A stretch of DNA of 60,956 bases, from contig JAGBFI010000039.1 of assembly GCA_017936585.1 (NCBI GenBank), positions 1 through 60,956 of the forward strand, given 5' to 3'. The notes under the pieces are model-generated. The model made no database searches and was not told the origin of the DNA. It worked only from the letters and a program-made list of their open reading frames with translations. Each line of letters begins with the position of its first letter. The stretch's first letter is position 1. Origin of the DNA: Clostridia bacterium. GTDB taxonomy: Bacteria > Bacillota > Clostridia > Christensenellales > UBA1242. Positions 25,492-34,231 of the stretch are shown here, piece after piece. The position numbers and the translations under genes are program-made.

Positions 25492-25667
25492 AATAATTTT
25501 CCTTTCTATAGAATTATACAATAAACCGGCTAAAAAATAAAGAAAAATAAGCATTTTTTTAAAATTTCACTTATTTTTCTTGCAAATTTTATTTTTTGTT
25601 AAAATATTTTGAATAATTTAAGTTATTGAAACTTTTAATTACTTTAAATTTAAAATTTCTAAACAAA

Positions 25668-26366
25668 TTATTTAATTGGATTAAGTTTTGGCTTGTTTTG
25701 TCCTCTTGGATATTTTGGAGGTGTGTTTTTAATTTTTTCAATCACAACCACGTTTCTTTCCAAATTTCCCTCCTGAATTTGGTAGTTTTTGACAGTTTTT
25801 ATTCTTCCACCTAAAACATCAATGGCTTTTCTTGCATTTTCAATCTCTTCCTCCACTTTGGAAGATTTATATATGACAGCACAACCCCCAACCTTCACAA
25901 AAGGAAGCAGATATTCCACCAATGTGTCGAGCGACGCAACAGCTCTCGCAACAGCGACATCAAAACTTTCTCTGTTTTTTGCAGCAAACTCTTCAGCTCT
26001 GCCATGAACAGCTTCACAACTTTGAAGATTGAGCAGTTTTATTGTTTCATTCAGAAAATTGACTCGCTTGTTTAAACTGTCCAGCATGCAAACTTGCAAA
26101 TCTTCTCTCATTATTTTGAGTGGAATTGCTGGAAATCCTGCCCCACTGCCAACATCAATCAATCTCGCCCCGCTTGGAATATACTCCATCGGCAGAACGC
26201 TGTCCAAAAAATGTTTCACACCAACTTCATTTTCTTCAGTGATTGCCGTCAAGTTTAAGTGTTTGTTTGTCTCAACAAGGGTGTGAAAATAAGAATCAAA
26301 CATTTTTTGTTGACTTTCACTCAATTTAATTCCATATTTTTGAAACACTTCAACTAAACTTTTCAT
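25668..26366 (-). CDS. rsmG: 16S rRNA (guanine527-N7)-methyltransferase
   Basis: 232 aa with the SAM motif DVGSGAGFPAIPLKI. Overlaps the mnmG stop by 17 nt. Confidence 0.9.
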   Translation of the reverse strand: MKSLVEVFQKYGIKLSESQQKMFDSYFHTLVETNKHLNLTAITEENEVGVKHFLDSVLPMEYIPSGARLIDVGSGAGFPAIPLKIMREDLQVCMLDSLNKRVNFLNETIKLLNLQSCEAVHGRAEEFAAKNRESFDVAVARAVASLDTLVEYLLPFVKVGGCAVIYKSSKVEEEIENARKAIDVLGGRIKTVKNYQIQEGNLERNVVVIEKIKNTPPKYPRGQNKPKLNPIK

Positions 26367-28227
26367 TTTTTCCTTTTTTCACCAAAATTGAAAGCACAGA
26401 AACGTCCGCAGGAGATACTCCAGAAATTCTTGACGCTTGTCCCAAATTTAAAGGTTTGATTTGAGCAAGTTTCTCTTTTGCTTCTTCGCGAAGGCCTTGT
26501 GCTGACGAATAATCAAAATTCTCAGGAATTGCAACACTTTCATTCGCTAGCATTTTGTCAATATCCTCTTGCTGTTGTTTTAGATACCCCTCATATTTAA
26601 TTTTAATGTTTACAATTTCAAGAAGTTGTTTATCAAAACCAGCAAACAGATTATAAGCATTTTCAATTTTGAAAATGTCAATGTTCGTTCTTTTCATCAA
26701 ATCGTAAAATCTTTGATTTTCTTTTGGGATAGGCTCTCCATTTTCGCCAAAAAATTTTTTCAATTTTTCATCAACAACAACTTTTTGCATTAATATTTTT
26801 TCAATTTCAGCCATTTTCTCTTTTTTACTAAGGAACTTTTGCCATCTCAAATCATCCACAAGACCAACCTTGCGACCAATTTCAGTCAGACGCATATCCG
26901 CATTATCTTGTCTAAGAAGCAGCCTGTATTCCGCGCGGCTTGTCATCATTCTGTATGGTTCGTTTGTTCCTTTTGTGACGATGTCGTCAATCAAAACTCC
27001 AATGTATCCGTCATTACGTTTCAACACCATTTGTGGTTGTCCTTTGATGTAAAGGCTTGCATTTATTCCTGCAACAATTCCTTGTGCCGCAGCCTCCTCA
27101 TAGCCACTTGTTCCATTGATTTGCCCCGCAAAAAACAACCCGTCAATGGTTTTCAATTCCAAAGTTGGCTTAAGTTGTGTCGGCTCAATACAGTCGTACT
27201 CAATCGCATACGCATCCCTCATGATTTCTGCATTTTCAAGTCCAATCACAGAGTGAACCATCTCTTTCTGTAATTCAGCAGGCATTGATGTTGAAAAACC
27301 TTGCAGGTATAATTCCTGCGTATCAATTGCCTCCGGCTCCAGAAAAAGTTGATGCCTTTCTTTGTCCGCAAATCTGACTACTTTCGTTTCAATCGAAGGG
27401 CAATATCGTGGACCAATTCCTTTTATCTCTCCGGAAATCGCTGGGGCTTTATCTAAATTTTTTCTTATAATTTCGTGAGTCTTTGGCGTTGTGTAGGTCA
27501 AATAGCAAACTGCCTTGTTCTCAACTTTTTCTTCTGTCATTGTTGAGAAAGGCATGATATCTTCGTCCCCAAGTTGGACTTCCATTTGTCTATAATCCAC
27601 ACTGCGTGCGTGAAGCCTAACAGGAGTTCCTGTTTTGAATCGCAAAAGTTTAATTCCCAATTTTTCCAAACTTTCTGAAAGGTGGGAGCTGTTTTTAAAC
27701 CCGTTTGGCCCGTTGTATTCTCTGTTTTGACCAATGATAATTTCACTTTTGAGATAAACACCTGTGGCAAAAATCACCGCGTTGGCGCGATATTGAAGCC
27801 CAAGTTGTGTGGTCACAATTTTGTCTGTGCCTTCAACCTCAACTGAAACAACCTCACCCTGTCGAACAAACAAATTTTTCTCGCTCTCCAACACCTTTTT
27901 CATCTGAGAATGATATTGGTTTTTGTCAGCTTGCACACGCAAACTTTGCACCGCTGGTCCCTTCCCACGATTAAGCATTCTGATTTGCAGAGCTGTTTTG
28001 TCCGCAACCCTTCCCATTTCACCACCTAAAGCATCAACCTCGGCAACAAGTTGCCCTTTTGCCGTTCCTCCGATTGACGGATTGCACGCCAAAAACGCAA
28101 TCGCATCCAAACTGATTGTCAAAAGAAGAGTTTTGTTTCCAGTGCGTGACAAAGCAAGGGCTGCCTCACAACCCGCATGTCCTGCACCGATAACAATTGC
28201 GTCAAATTGTTCGTAATTTCTTTCCAT
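26350..28227 (-). CDS. mnmG: tRNA uridine 5-carboxymethylaminomethyl modification enzyme MnmG (GidA)
   Basis: 625 aa with the FAD motif VIGAGHAGCEAA, at the canonical position between mnmE and rsmG. Confidence 0.95.
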   Translation of the reverse strand: MERNYEQFDAIVIGAGHAGCEAALALSRTGNKTLLLTISLDAIAFLACNPSIGGTAKGQLVAEVDALGGEMGRVADKTALQIRMLNRGKGPAVQSLRVQADKNQYHSQMKKVLESEKNLFVRQGEVVSVEVEGTDKIVTTQLGLQYRANAVIFATGVYLKSEIIIGQNREYNGPNGFKNSSHLSESLEKLGIKLLRFKTGTPVRLHARSVDYRQMEVQLGDEDIMPFSTMTEEKVENKAVCYLTYTTPKTHEIIRKNLDKAPAISGEIKGIGPRYCPSIETKVVRFADKERHQLFLEPEAIDTQELYLQGFSTSMPAELQKEMVHSVIGLENAEIMRDAYAIEYDCIEPTQLKPTLELKTIDGLFFAGQINGTSGYEEAAAQGIVAGINASLYIKGQPQMVLKRNDGYIGVLIDDIVTKGTNEPYRMMTSRAEYRLLLRQDNADMRLTEIGRKVGLVDDLRWQKFLSKKEKMAEIEKILMQKVVVDEKLKKFFGENGEPIPKENQRFYDLMKRTNIDIFKIENAYNLFAGFDKQLLEIVNIKIKYEGYLKQQQEDIDKMLANESVAIPENFDYSSAQGLREEAKEKLAQIKPLNLGQASRISGVSPADVSVLSILVKKGKNEKFS

Positions 28228-28240
28228 AACTCTTCCTATC

Positions 28241-29575
28241 TTATTTTCCTAAGCAAAATTTTGAGAAAATCAAGTTGATAATATCTTCATTTTCTGTGTT
28301 CCCAGTGATTTTCCCAAGTGTAAGCCAAAGTTTTTTGATTTGCATTGACATCACATCAAGTGTGTTTGCACTTTGCAGAATTTGTTCAAGAAGCAAGTTC
28401 GCCTCTTCCAAAATCTGGCTTTGTCTTTCATTTGTAAGAACAAGCGAGTTGAATTCAATTTCTTTTTCCAAAACAGTGTCAACAATTTTTTGTTTCAATT
28501 TATCAATGTTCTTGTTTTGAAGCGCGGAAATTTCAATCTCATTCAAACTCTTTTTCAACACTCTTTTTTTGTCTGCCTTGTTCACAACTGTTATGTAATT
28601 CTTCCCTTCAATCAATTTCTCAATCTGTTTATCCTCTTCCGTCTTCTCTTCACTTCCGTCCAACACAAACAAAACAAGGTCAGAATTTTTCAAGCTATTT
28701 TTACTTTTTTCAATTCCCAAACTTTCAACAACATCCTCTGTTTCACGAATCCCTGCGGTGTCAATAAGGTTGATTTTGATTCCCTTAAATTCAAAACTTT
28801 CCGTGATGCTATCACGTGTTGTCCCCTTGATGTCGGTGACAATGGCACGATCCTGCCCAAGAAGAGCATTCATCACGCTGCTTTTTCCAACATTTGTCTT
28901 TCCAACAAGTGCAACATTGATTCCGCTTTTCAAAAACTTGGCACTTTTCGCGTCATCCAAAATGCGGCAAACTTCCTCTTTAATTTCTGAAAGTTTTGCA
29001 GCAACATCCGTCTTCAAAGCAGCCTCTTCGGTCTCGTCAGGATAGTCCATTCCAACTTCAATCTCCGCCAAAAGAAGTTTCAGTTCCTCTTGCGCGTCCA
29101 AGATTTTCTGCGACAGTCTGCCATTGGTGATTTGTAAACTGCTTTTAAGTTCTCCCTCCGCTTCCGCATTGATTTCACCAATAATTGCTTCAGCTTTATC
29201 AAGTGTGATTTTTCCATTCAAAAATGCGCGCTTTGAAAATTCGCCAGCTTCCGCCAAACGGGCCCCTGTTTTTAAACAAAGATCAACAACTTTTTGAGCT
29301 AAAAGCACGCCGCCGTGCACCTGAAACTCCACAATGTCTTCACCTGTGTAAGAAAATGGCGCTTTGAAATACACCATCAAGCATTCCTCAAACACGCCAT
29401 CTTCAATTTCAAGCCTTCCAAAATACATATATCGAGGCTTGATTTCACTTTCTCTCACATTTTGCGCATGAAAAACTTTGAGTGCAAGAGACAAACATCC
29501 TTGACCACTCAAACGCACAACTGCGATGGCTCCTTTCCCAAGAGGAGTTGAAATTGAAACGATTACATCTTTCAT
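28241..29575 (-). CDS. mnmE: tRNA modification GTPase MnmE (TrmE)
   Basis: G domain GKTNVGKSS...DTAG and C-terminal FCLGK. Start at MKDVIVSISTP (the track ORF extends to 29611). Confidence 0.93.
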   Translation of the reverse strand: MKDVIVSISTPLGKGAIAVVRLSGQGCLSLALKVFHAQNVRESEIKPRYMYFGRLEIEDGVFEECLMVYFKAPFSYTGEDIVEFQVHGGVLLAQKVVDLCLKTGARLAEAGEFSKRAFLNGKITLDKAEAIIGEINAEAEGELKSSLQITNGRLSQKILDAQEELKLLLAEIEVGMDYPDETEEAALKTDVAAKLSEIKEEVCRILDDAKSAKFLKSGINVALVGKTNVGKSSVMNALLGQDRAIVTDIKGTTRDSITESFEFKGIKINLIDTAGIRETEDVVESLGIEKSKNSLKNSDLVLFVLDGSEEKTEEDKQIEKLIEGKNYITVVNKADKKRVLKKSLNEIEISALQNKNIDKLKQKIVDTVLEKEIEFNSLVLTNERQSQILEEANLLLEQILQSANTLDVMSMQIKKLWLTLGKITGNTENEDIINLIFSKFCLGK

Positions 29576-29621
29576 GTTGATTATTATATCATTCAATATC
29601 AAAAAAATCAAGAATTTAATA

Positions 29622-29650
29622 TTGACAACTGATTTTGGCTGAATTATAAT
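29622..29650 (+). promoter_or_regulatory. consensus promoter, probably producing a leaderless mRNA
   Basis: TTGACA, 17 nt, TATAAT. Only 6 nt (ttagac) separate the -10 from the ATG at 29657, and there is no Shine-Dalgarno sequence. Confidence 0.6.
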
Positions 29651-29656
29651 TTAGAC

Positions 29657-30214
29657 ATGAAGAAATCGGAAAAGGCTTTACTTAAAAATATAAATGAAAT
29701 TTACAAAAAAGGCTACATCCCCGCGCGCGGAAATCAGACATATAAATATGTTGCAAAGAGCGCAAATTCGGAAGTCAGCGAACTTGTAAACTGCTTTGCC
29801 CACGCTTGCTTCAATTTGACAAATCAGCAATTGACCGATTGTCAAATCACAAGCGAATCCAGCAGGATTTTTTGGAAGTTTCCAATAGACGGATTTCGCA
29901 GTCACGACATCCTTCGCATGAAGAAAATTCTCGCGCAAACCGGACTGGAAGTCAAAAGATGTAAAGCTGACCAACGTCCCGAAAACAACCAGTGGAAAGT
30001 TGCATTTTATTGTGACGGAGCTTGGGGAGATATCCACTTTATGTTGCAAGAGCGAAACGGAACCTGGTCAAGCAAACTGGGCGCGCAAAGAAAGATTGAA
30101 AAGTTTGGAACAACCTATCCTCCAAAAAAATACGACACTTACAAGTTGCACAGCTTTTACATGATAACAAATCCATACATCACGCCAACACCTTCTGGTG
30201 AATTCTGTCGCTAA
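29657..30214 (+). CDS. orphan hypothetical protein, possible Cys/His (papain-like) hydrolase
   Basis: 185 aa, inserted on the opposite strand between mnmE and jag. Candidate nucleophile in NCFAHACFN and candidate His in GDIHFMLQERNGTWSSKLG. Confidence 0.3.
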   Translation: MKKSEKALLKNINEIYKKGYIPARGNQTYKYVAKSANSEVSELVNCFAHACFNLTNQQLTDCQITSESSRIFWKFPIDGFRSHDILRMKKILAQTGLEVKRCKADQRPENNQWKVAFYCDGAWGDIHFMLQERNGTWSSKLGAQRKIEKFGTTYPPKKYDTYKLHSFYMITNPYITPTPSGEFCR

Positions 30215-30277
30215 CAAAAAAAATATATAAACGAAACATAAAAAGCATGTAAAACTAACATGCTTTTTATGTTTTAA

Positions 30278-31126
30278 CTAATCTCTGTCTCTGTATTCTT
30301 TTGGAAAAACAATCAAATATCTTCTTGGTTCTTCTCCCTTACTTAGTGTTGTCACTCTGTCATCTTCCTGCAATGCAGTGTGAATGATTTTTCTTTCACT
30401 TGCGTCCATAGGCTCAAACTTATAAAATCTTCTTGTTTTTGCAACCTTGTCAGCAATTCTCTTTGCAAGTGCTGTCAAACTTTCTTGTCTCTTTTCACGA
30501 TAATCCCCAATGTTGAGAACAACCTTTTTGCGATCTTCAGTTTTGCAAACAAGGCCCATGATGTGTGAAAGAGCAAGCATGCATTCTCCATGGTGTCCAA
30601 TCAAATCGTTTGCAGCTTCGCCATTCAAGCTATATTTCACAAAACGCTCTTCTTCAACCTTCTCGATTTCGCCATCCATTTCCATTGCCTTCAAAACTCC
30701 TTGCAAAAATTCTTCGCCGGTCATTTTCTTTTCAACAAACTTCTTTTCTGTTTTTTCTGGAGCAGATTCTGTCGCGCTTATTTCATCGTCAGCAATAACT
30801 TTCACTTCTTTTTTTTCAACCTTTTCCTCTTTCTTTGGAGCAACTTCAGCAACTTTTTCGTCTTTCGTCGTTTCGACTTTGTTTTTCAAAAAGTTTTCTG
30901 CAAAATCTTCGTCACTGCTTTCAACAAGTTGTTTTTTGAGAGCATCCTTCTTCTCATATTTTTCAAGAGCATCCTCTGAAATTGAAACCAAAACCTTGGC
31001 CTTTTTCAAAAATCCACCTTCACTCAAAATTTTGATGTCCACATCCTCTCTTGACGCTCTAAGTTCAAACAATGCATTTTCAATCGCTTGTTCAATGTTT
31101 TTTCCAGTTCCTTCACATGTACGCAT
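30278..31126 (-). CDS. jag: RNA-binding protein Jag (Jag_N + KH + R3H) with expanded K/E-rich linker
   Basis: N-terminus GTGKNIEQAIENAL. The C-terminal R3H-like segment is ERKIIHTALQEDDRVTTLSKGEEPRRYLIV. Sits at the canonical position next to yidC and mnmE. Confidence 0.85.
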   Translation of the reverse strand: MRTCEGTGKNIEQAIENALFELRASREDVDIKILSEGGFLKKAKVLVSISEDALEKYEKKDALKKQLVESSDEDFAENFLKNKVETTKDEKVAEVAPKKEEKVEKKEVKVIADDEISATESAPEKTEKKFVEKKMTGEEFLQGVLKAMEMDGEIEKVEEERFVKYSLNGEAANDLIGHHGECMLALSHIMGLVCKTEDRKKVVLNIGDYREKRQESLTALAKRIADKVAKTRRFYKFEPMDASERKIIHTALQEDDRVTTLSKGEEPRRYLIVFPKEYRDRD

Positions 31127-31257
31127 TTTTCCTTTCTCCTTTTTTCCTTATAATCCACTTTATCACATTTACAAAAAAACATCAATCTTTTTTTGATAAT
31201 TTGTTTTGAAACATCCCAATTTTGTGCTATCATGAACAAAAATAAAGGGAGTTTGCC

Positions 31258-31812
31258 ATGATTATAACCATCACCGGAAAGCCATGCAGTGGAAAATCAT
31301 CAATAGTCAAGATTCTTGTTGAAAAACATGGATTTCAAAAATTCAGCGTGGGAGACATGTTCAAAGCGGAAGCAAAAAAACGCGGAATGAACGCTGAGGA
31401 ATTCAACGCTTATTGCTTGACTGACCCATCATATGATTTTTTTATAGACAACGAAACAGCTCGACTTGGGAAAGAACTTGAGGGACAAAAAATCATTTTT
31501 GACAGCAGACTTGCTTGGCATTTCGTTCCAAAATCTTTCAAAGTTTTCACCGAACTAAATGAAGACGAAATGGCTCACCGTCTTGCAAATTCGGATAGAG
31601 TTGGCAAGGAAAAAATCACTGACGTGAACGAGGCCAGGCGTTCTCTCATCAACCGCTTCAACCTCGAAAACGAACGCTATCAACAAATCTATGGCGTGAA
31701 CAATCTTGACATGTCAAATTATGACCTTGTTCTTGACACTTCAAACAAAACACCAGAGGAATTGGCAGACATCTTGTTTTCTGCATACACAGATTTTTGC
31801 AAAAAAAAATAA
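31258..31812 (+). CDS. cytidylate-kinase-like P-loop NMP kinase family protein
   Basis: 184 aa with the P-loop ITGKPCSGKSS and an AGGGAG RBS. Confidence 0.6.
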   Translation: MIITITGKPCSGKSSIVKILVEKHGFQKFSVGDMFKAEAKKRGMNAEEFNAYCLTDPSYDFFIDNETARLGKELEGQKIIFDSRLAWHFVPKSFKVFTELNEDEMAHRLANSDRVGKEKITDVNEARRSLINRFNLENERYQQIYGVNNLDMSNYDLVLDTSNKTPEELADILFSAYTDFCKKK

Positions 31813-31920
31813 TATCTTCAGCAAAAAATTCTTCTCTTTACAGAATTTTTTCAGTTTGTTTCCCAAAACGTTTATTTTCAAATTTTGATTTTCTCAACAT
31901 TTTTTCAATTTAATCAAACA

Positions 31921-31960
31921 AAAAAAACAGCCTCAAAAAACCGGCTGCTTTTTATTTTTA
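31921..31960. terminator. bidirectional terminator between the kinase-like gene and glyQS
   Basis: A-run, CAGCC, loop, GGCTG, T-run. Confidence 0.55.
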
Positions 31961-31990
31961 TAAATTTGACTTTCTCAAGGTTTCAACAAA

Positions 31991-33370
31991 TTAAAATCTG
32001 ATTTTCTTTGCGATGTAATCTGAAAGGTTTGAAATTGGAAGTCTGATTTGTTCCATTGTGTCGCGGTCACGAATTGTCACTGTGTCGTTTTCAAGAGTGT
32101 CGAAGTCAATTGTCACGCAGAATGGAGTCCCAATTTCGTCTTCACGGCGATAGCGCTTTCCAATTGAGCCAGCTTCGTCATAGTCACACATGAAATCTTT
32201 TGAAAGAAATGCAAAAACTTCTTTCGCTTTTTCAGACAAATTCTTTTGCAAAGGAAGAACAGCCACTTTATATGGTGCGATTGCTGGATGGAAATGCATA
32301 ACAACTCTTGTTTCACCGTTTTCCAATTGTTCTTCATCATAAGCTTCGCAGAGAAGTGCCAAAGTCAAACGGTCGGCACCAATTGAATATTCAATGATTG
32401 TTGGAAGGAATTTTTCATTTGTCACAGGGTCAAGATAGAGCATGTTTTTTCCGCTGTATTCTTGATGGCGAGACAAATCCCAAGTGCTTCTGTGGTGGAT
32501 TCCGTTCAATTCTTGCCAGCCGATTGGGAAAAGATATTGAATGTCGCACGCTGCCTTTGCATAGTGAGCAAGCTTGTCATGGTCGTGGAAACGAAGTTTC
32601 TCTTCTCTCAATCCCAAATCTTTGACAAACTCAAGGGCTTTTGCCTTGAATTTTTCATAAGTCTCCATACTATTTTCATCTTTGCAGAAATTTTGTAGTT
32701 CCATTTGTTCAAACTCAATTGTTCTGAAAAGAAAGTTTCCAGGAGTGATTTCATTTCTGAAAGATTTTCCAATTTGTGCGATTGCAAAAGGAACTTTCGC
32801 TCTTGCCGTTCTTTGAACATTGAGGAAGTTCACATATTCCCCCTGTGCTGTTTCTGGACGCAAATAAACAACGTCAGTATCCCCTTCAACAACACCCCTG
32901 TGTGTTTCAAACATCAATTTGAATTGTTTGATTTCTGTAAAATTTGAGTTTCCGCACTTTGGACATTTGATGTTATGCTCAGAGATATATTTTTCCATTT
33001 CTTCGTTTGTCATTGCATCAACTGCCATTGAAATTCCATGCTTTACGTTGTAATCTTCAATCAAATTGTCAGCACGATGTCTTGTTTTACAAGATTTGCA
33101 ATCCATTTTTGGGTCAGAAAAACTTGCAGTGTGACCACTTGCATCCCAAACGCGTGGATTCATCAAAATTGCAGCATCAACTCCATAAGTGTTTGGATCT
33201 TCTTGCACAAATCTTTTCCACCAAGTGCGTTTCACATTGTTTTTGAGTTCAACTCCCACTGGGCCAAAGTCCCGAGTGTTTGCAAAACCTCCATAAATTT
33301 CGCTTCCAGGAAAAACAAATCCTCTTGCTTTGCAAAGCGAAACAATTTTATCCATGTTTTCAAGTTTCAT
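31991..33370 (-). CDS. glyQS: glycine--tRNA ligase (alpha2 type)
   Basis: 459-aa class II aaRS. The N-terminus IVSLCKARGFVFPGSEIYGG is typical of GlyQS. A GGC-specifier T-box lies upstream. Confidence 0.93.
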   Translation of the reverse strand: MKLENMDKIVSLCKARGFVFPGSEIYGGFANTRDFGPVGVELKNNVKRTWWKRFVQEDPNTYGVDAAILMNPRVWDASGHTASFSDPKMDCKSCKTRHRADNLIEDYNVKHGISMAVDAMTNEEMEKYISEHNIKCPKCGNSNFTEIKQFKLMFETHRGVVEGDTDVVYLRPETAQGEYVNFLNVQRTARAKVPFAIAQIGKSFRNEITPGNFLFRTIEFEQMELQNFCKDENSMETYEKFKAKALEFVKDLGLREEKLRFHDHDKLAHYAKAACDIQYLFPIGWQELNGIHHRSTWDLSRHQEYSGKNMLYLDPVTNEKFLPTIIEYSIGADRLTLALLCEAYDEEQLENGETRVVMHFHPAIAPYKVAVLPLQKNLSEKAKEVFAFLSKDFMCDYDEAGSIGKRYRREDEIGTPFCVTIDFDTLENDTVTIRDRDTMEQIRLPISNLSDYIAKKIRF

Positions 33371-33411
33371 ATTTTTTTCTCCTTTTATTCTCTCGCAAGG
33401 CTTTTTCTAAA

Positions 33412-33593
33412 AATAAAAAAGCCCTATGCATCAATTTGCACAGGGGCGATTTAAAATTCAAAACCGCTGTTCCACCCTATTTCGCGGACAAGCCACCTCA
33501 TTTATGTTCTTTACGCCGAACACGCGTTTGCTCCGGAGTTGCCAATTCCATCGTCGCTACGTATAGTTTATGACATTTCAAGATTTTTGTCAA
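33412..33593 (-). promoter_or_regulatory. promoter plus Gly-specific T-box leader with terminator
   Basis: rc reads TTGACA, 17 nt, TAAACT. The specifier region is GGAATTGGCAAC (GGC followed by A). The T-box sequence is AAATAGGGTGGAACAGCGG. The terminator is GCCCCTGTGCA-aattga-TGCATAGGGC-TTTTTT. Confidence 0.85.
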
Positions 33594-33701
33594 CCTTTTT
33601 GAAGATTCTTCTCGCCAAAAAAGTTAAAAAAAATTCAAAAACCCTCTTGATTTCTTTCGCGAGGAACTGTATAATATAGAGGTATTAAATTTGGAGGTTA
33701 T

Positions 33702-34172
33702 ATGAACACAACAGAATTGTCACAAGAATGGAGAACCACAATAAATTCTTTCATCAGATCAAGAGAACCAAAACTTCAAAATCTTGCTGTTTTAATTGAA
33801 AATTTTTGCTCAGTAAGAAAACACAAAATGGGCTGTAACACCGTTTTTGTTGGAGAACAAGAAAAAAGAATTGGAAGTCGTGGTGAAATCATTGAATTCA
33901 AAAGGAACATGAAATTTTATGAAAAAGACTCAGATAAGAAATTTTTTCTGTTTCTTGTTGATCCAAAAGGCGAAAAGGAAACCACAGTTCCTTTCAGTTT
34001 GACCCTCAGCAAATTCCAAAGTGGAAACGAACAAGGAATTTACATTGAAAACATTGATGGCGTGAAAACTGCATATCAATTCACAATCAGAAAAAACAAG
34101 ATTCTTCAATTCAAGCCAATCACATTGGATAACACACTCAGATTTGCTTATGGAAACCGAGATAAACAATAA
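33702..34172 (+). CDS. hypothetical protein
   Basis: 156 aa with a GGAGG RBS and a TTGATT, 17 nt, TATAAT promoter. No recognisable motif. Confidence 0.5.
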   Translation: MNTTELSQEWRTTINSFIRSREPKLQNLAVLIENFCSVRKHKMGCNTVFVGEQEKRIGSRGEIIEFKRNMKFYEKDSDKKFFLFLVDPKGEKETTVPFSLTLSKFQSGNEQGIYIENIDGVKTAYQFTIRKNKILQFKPITLDNTLRFAYGNRDKQ

Positions 34173-34231
34173 AAAAAATCACTCGTCTGAGTGATTTTTT
34201 TTATTCTAGATTCATTGAAATCAAAATTATT

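Noticed and set aside
30510-31196. A 228-aa plus-strand ORF antisense to jag. Similar long antisense ORFs are 55916..56554 in the ARH gene, 49351..50028 in rsmH, 43638..44225 in recF, 28373..28990 in mnmE, 15416..15937 in nrdD and 17737..18312.
   Set aside because: Each overlaps a gene with clear family motifs on the other strand. Their translations are S/F/L-rich low complexity, which is typical of the antisense of K/E-rich coding sequence in AT-rich genomes.
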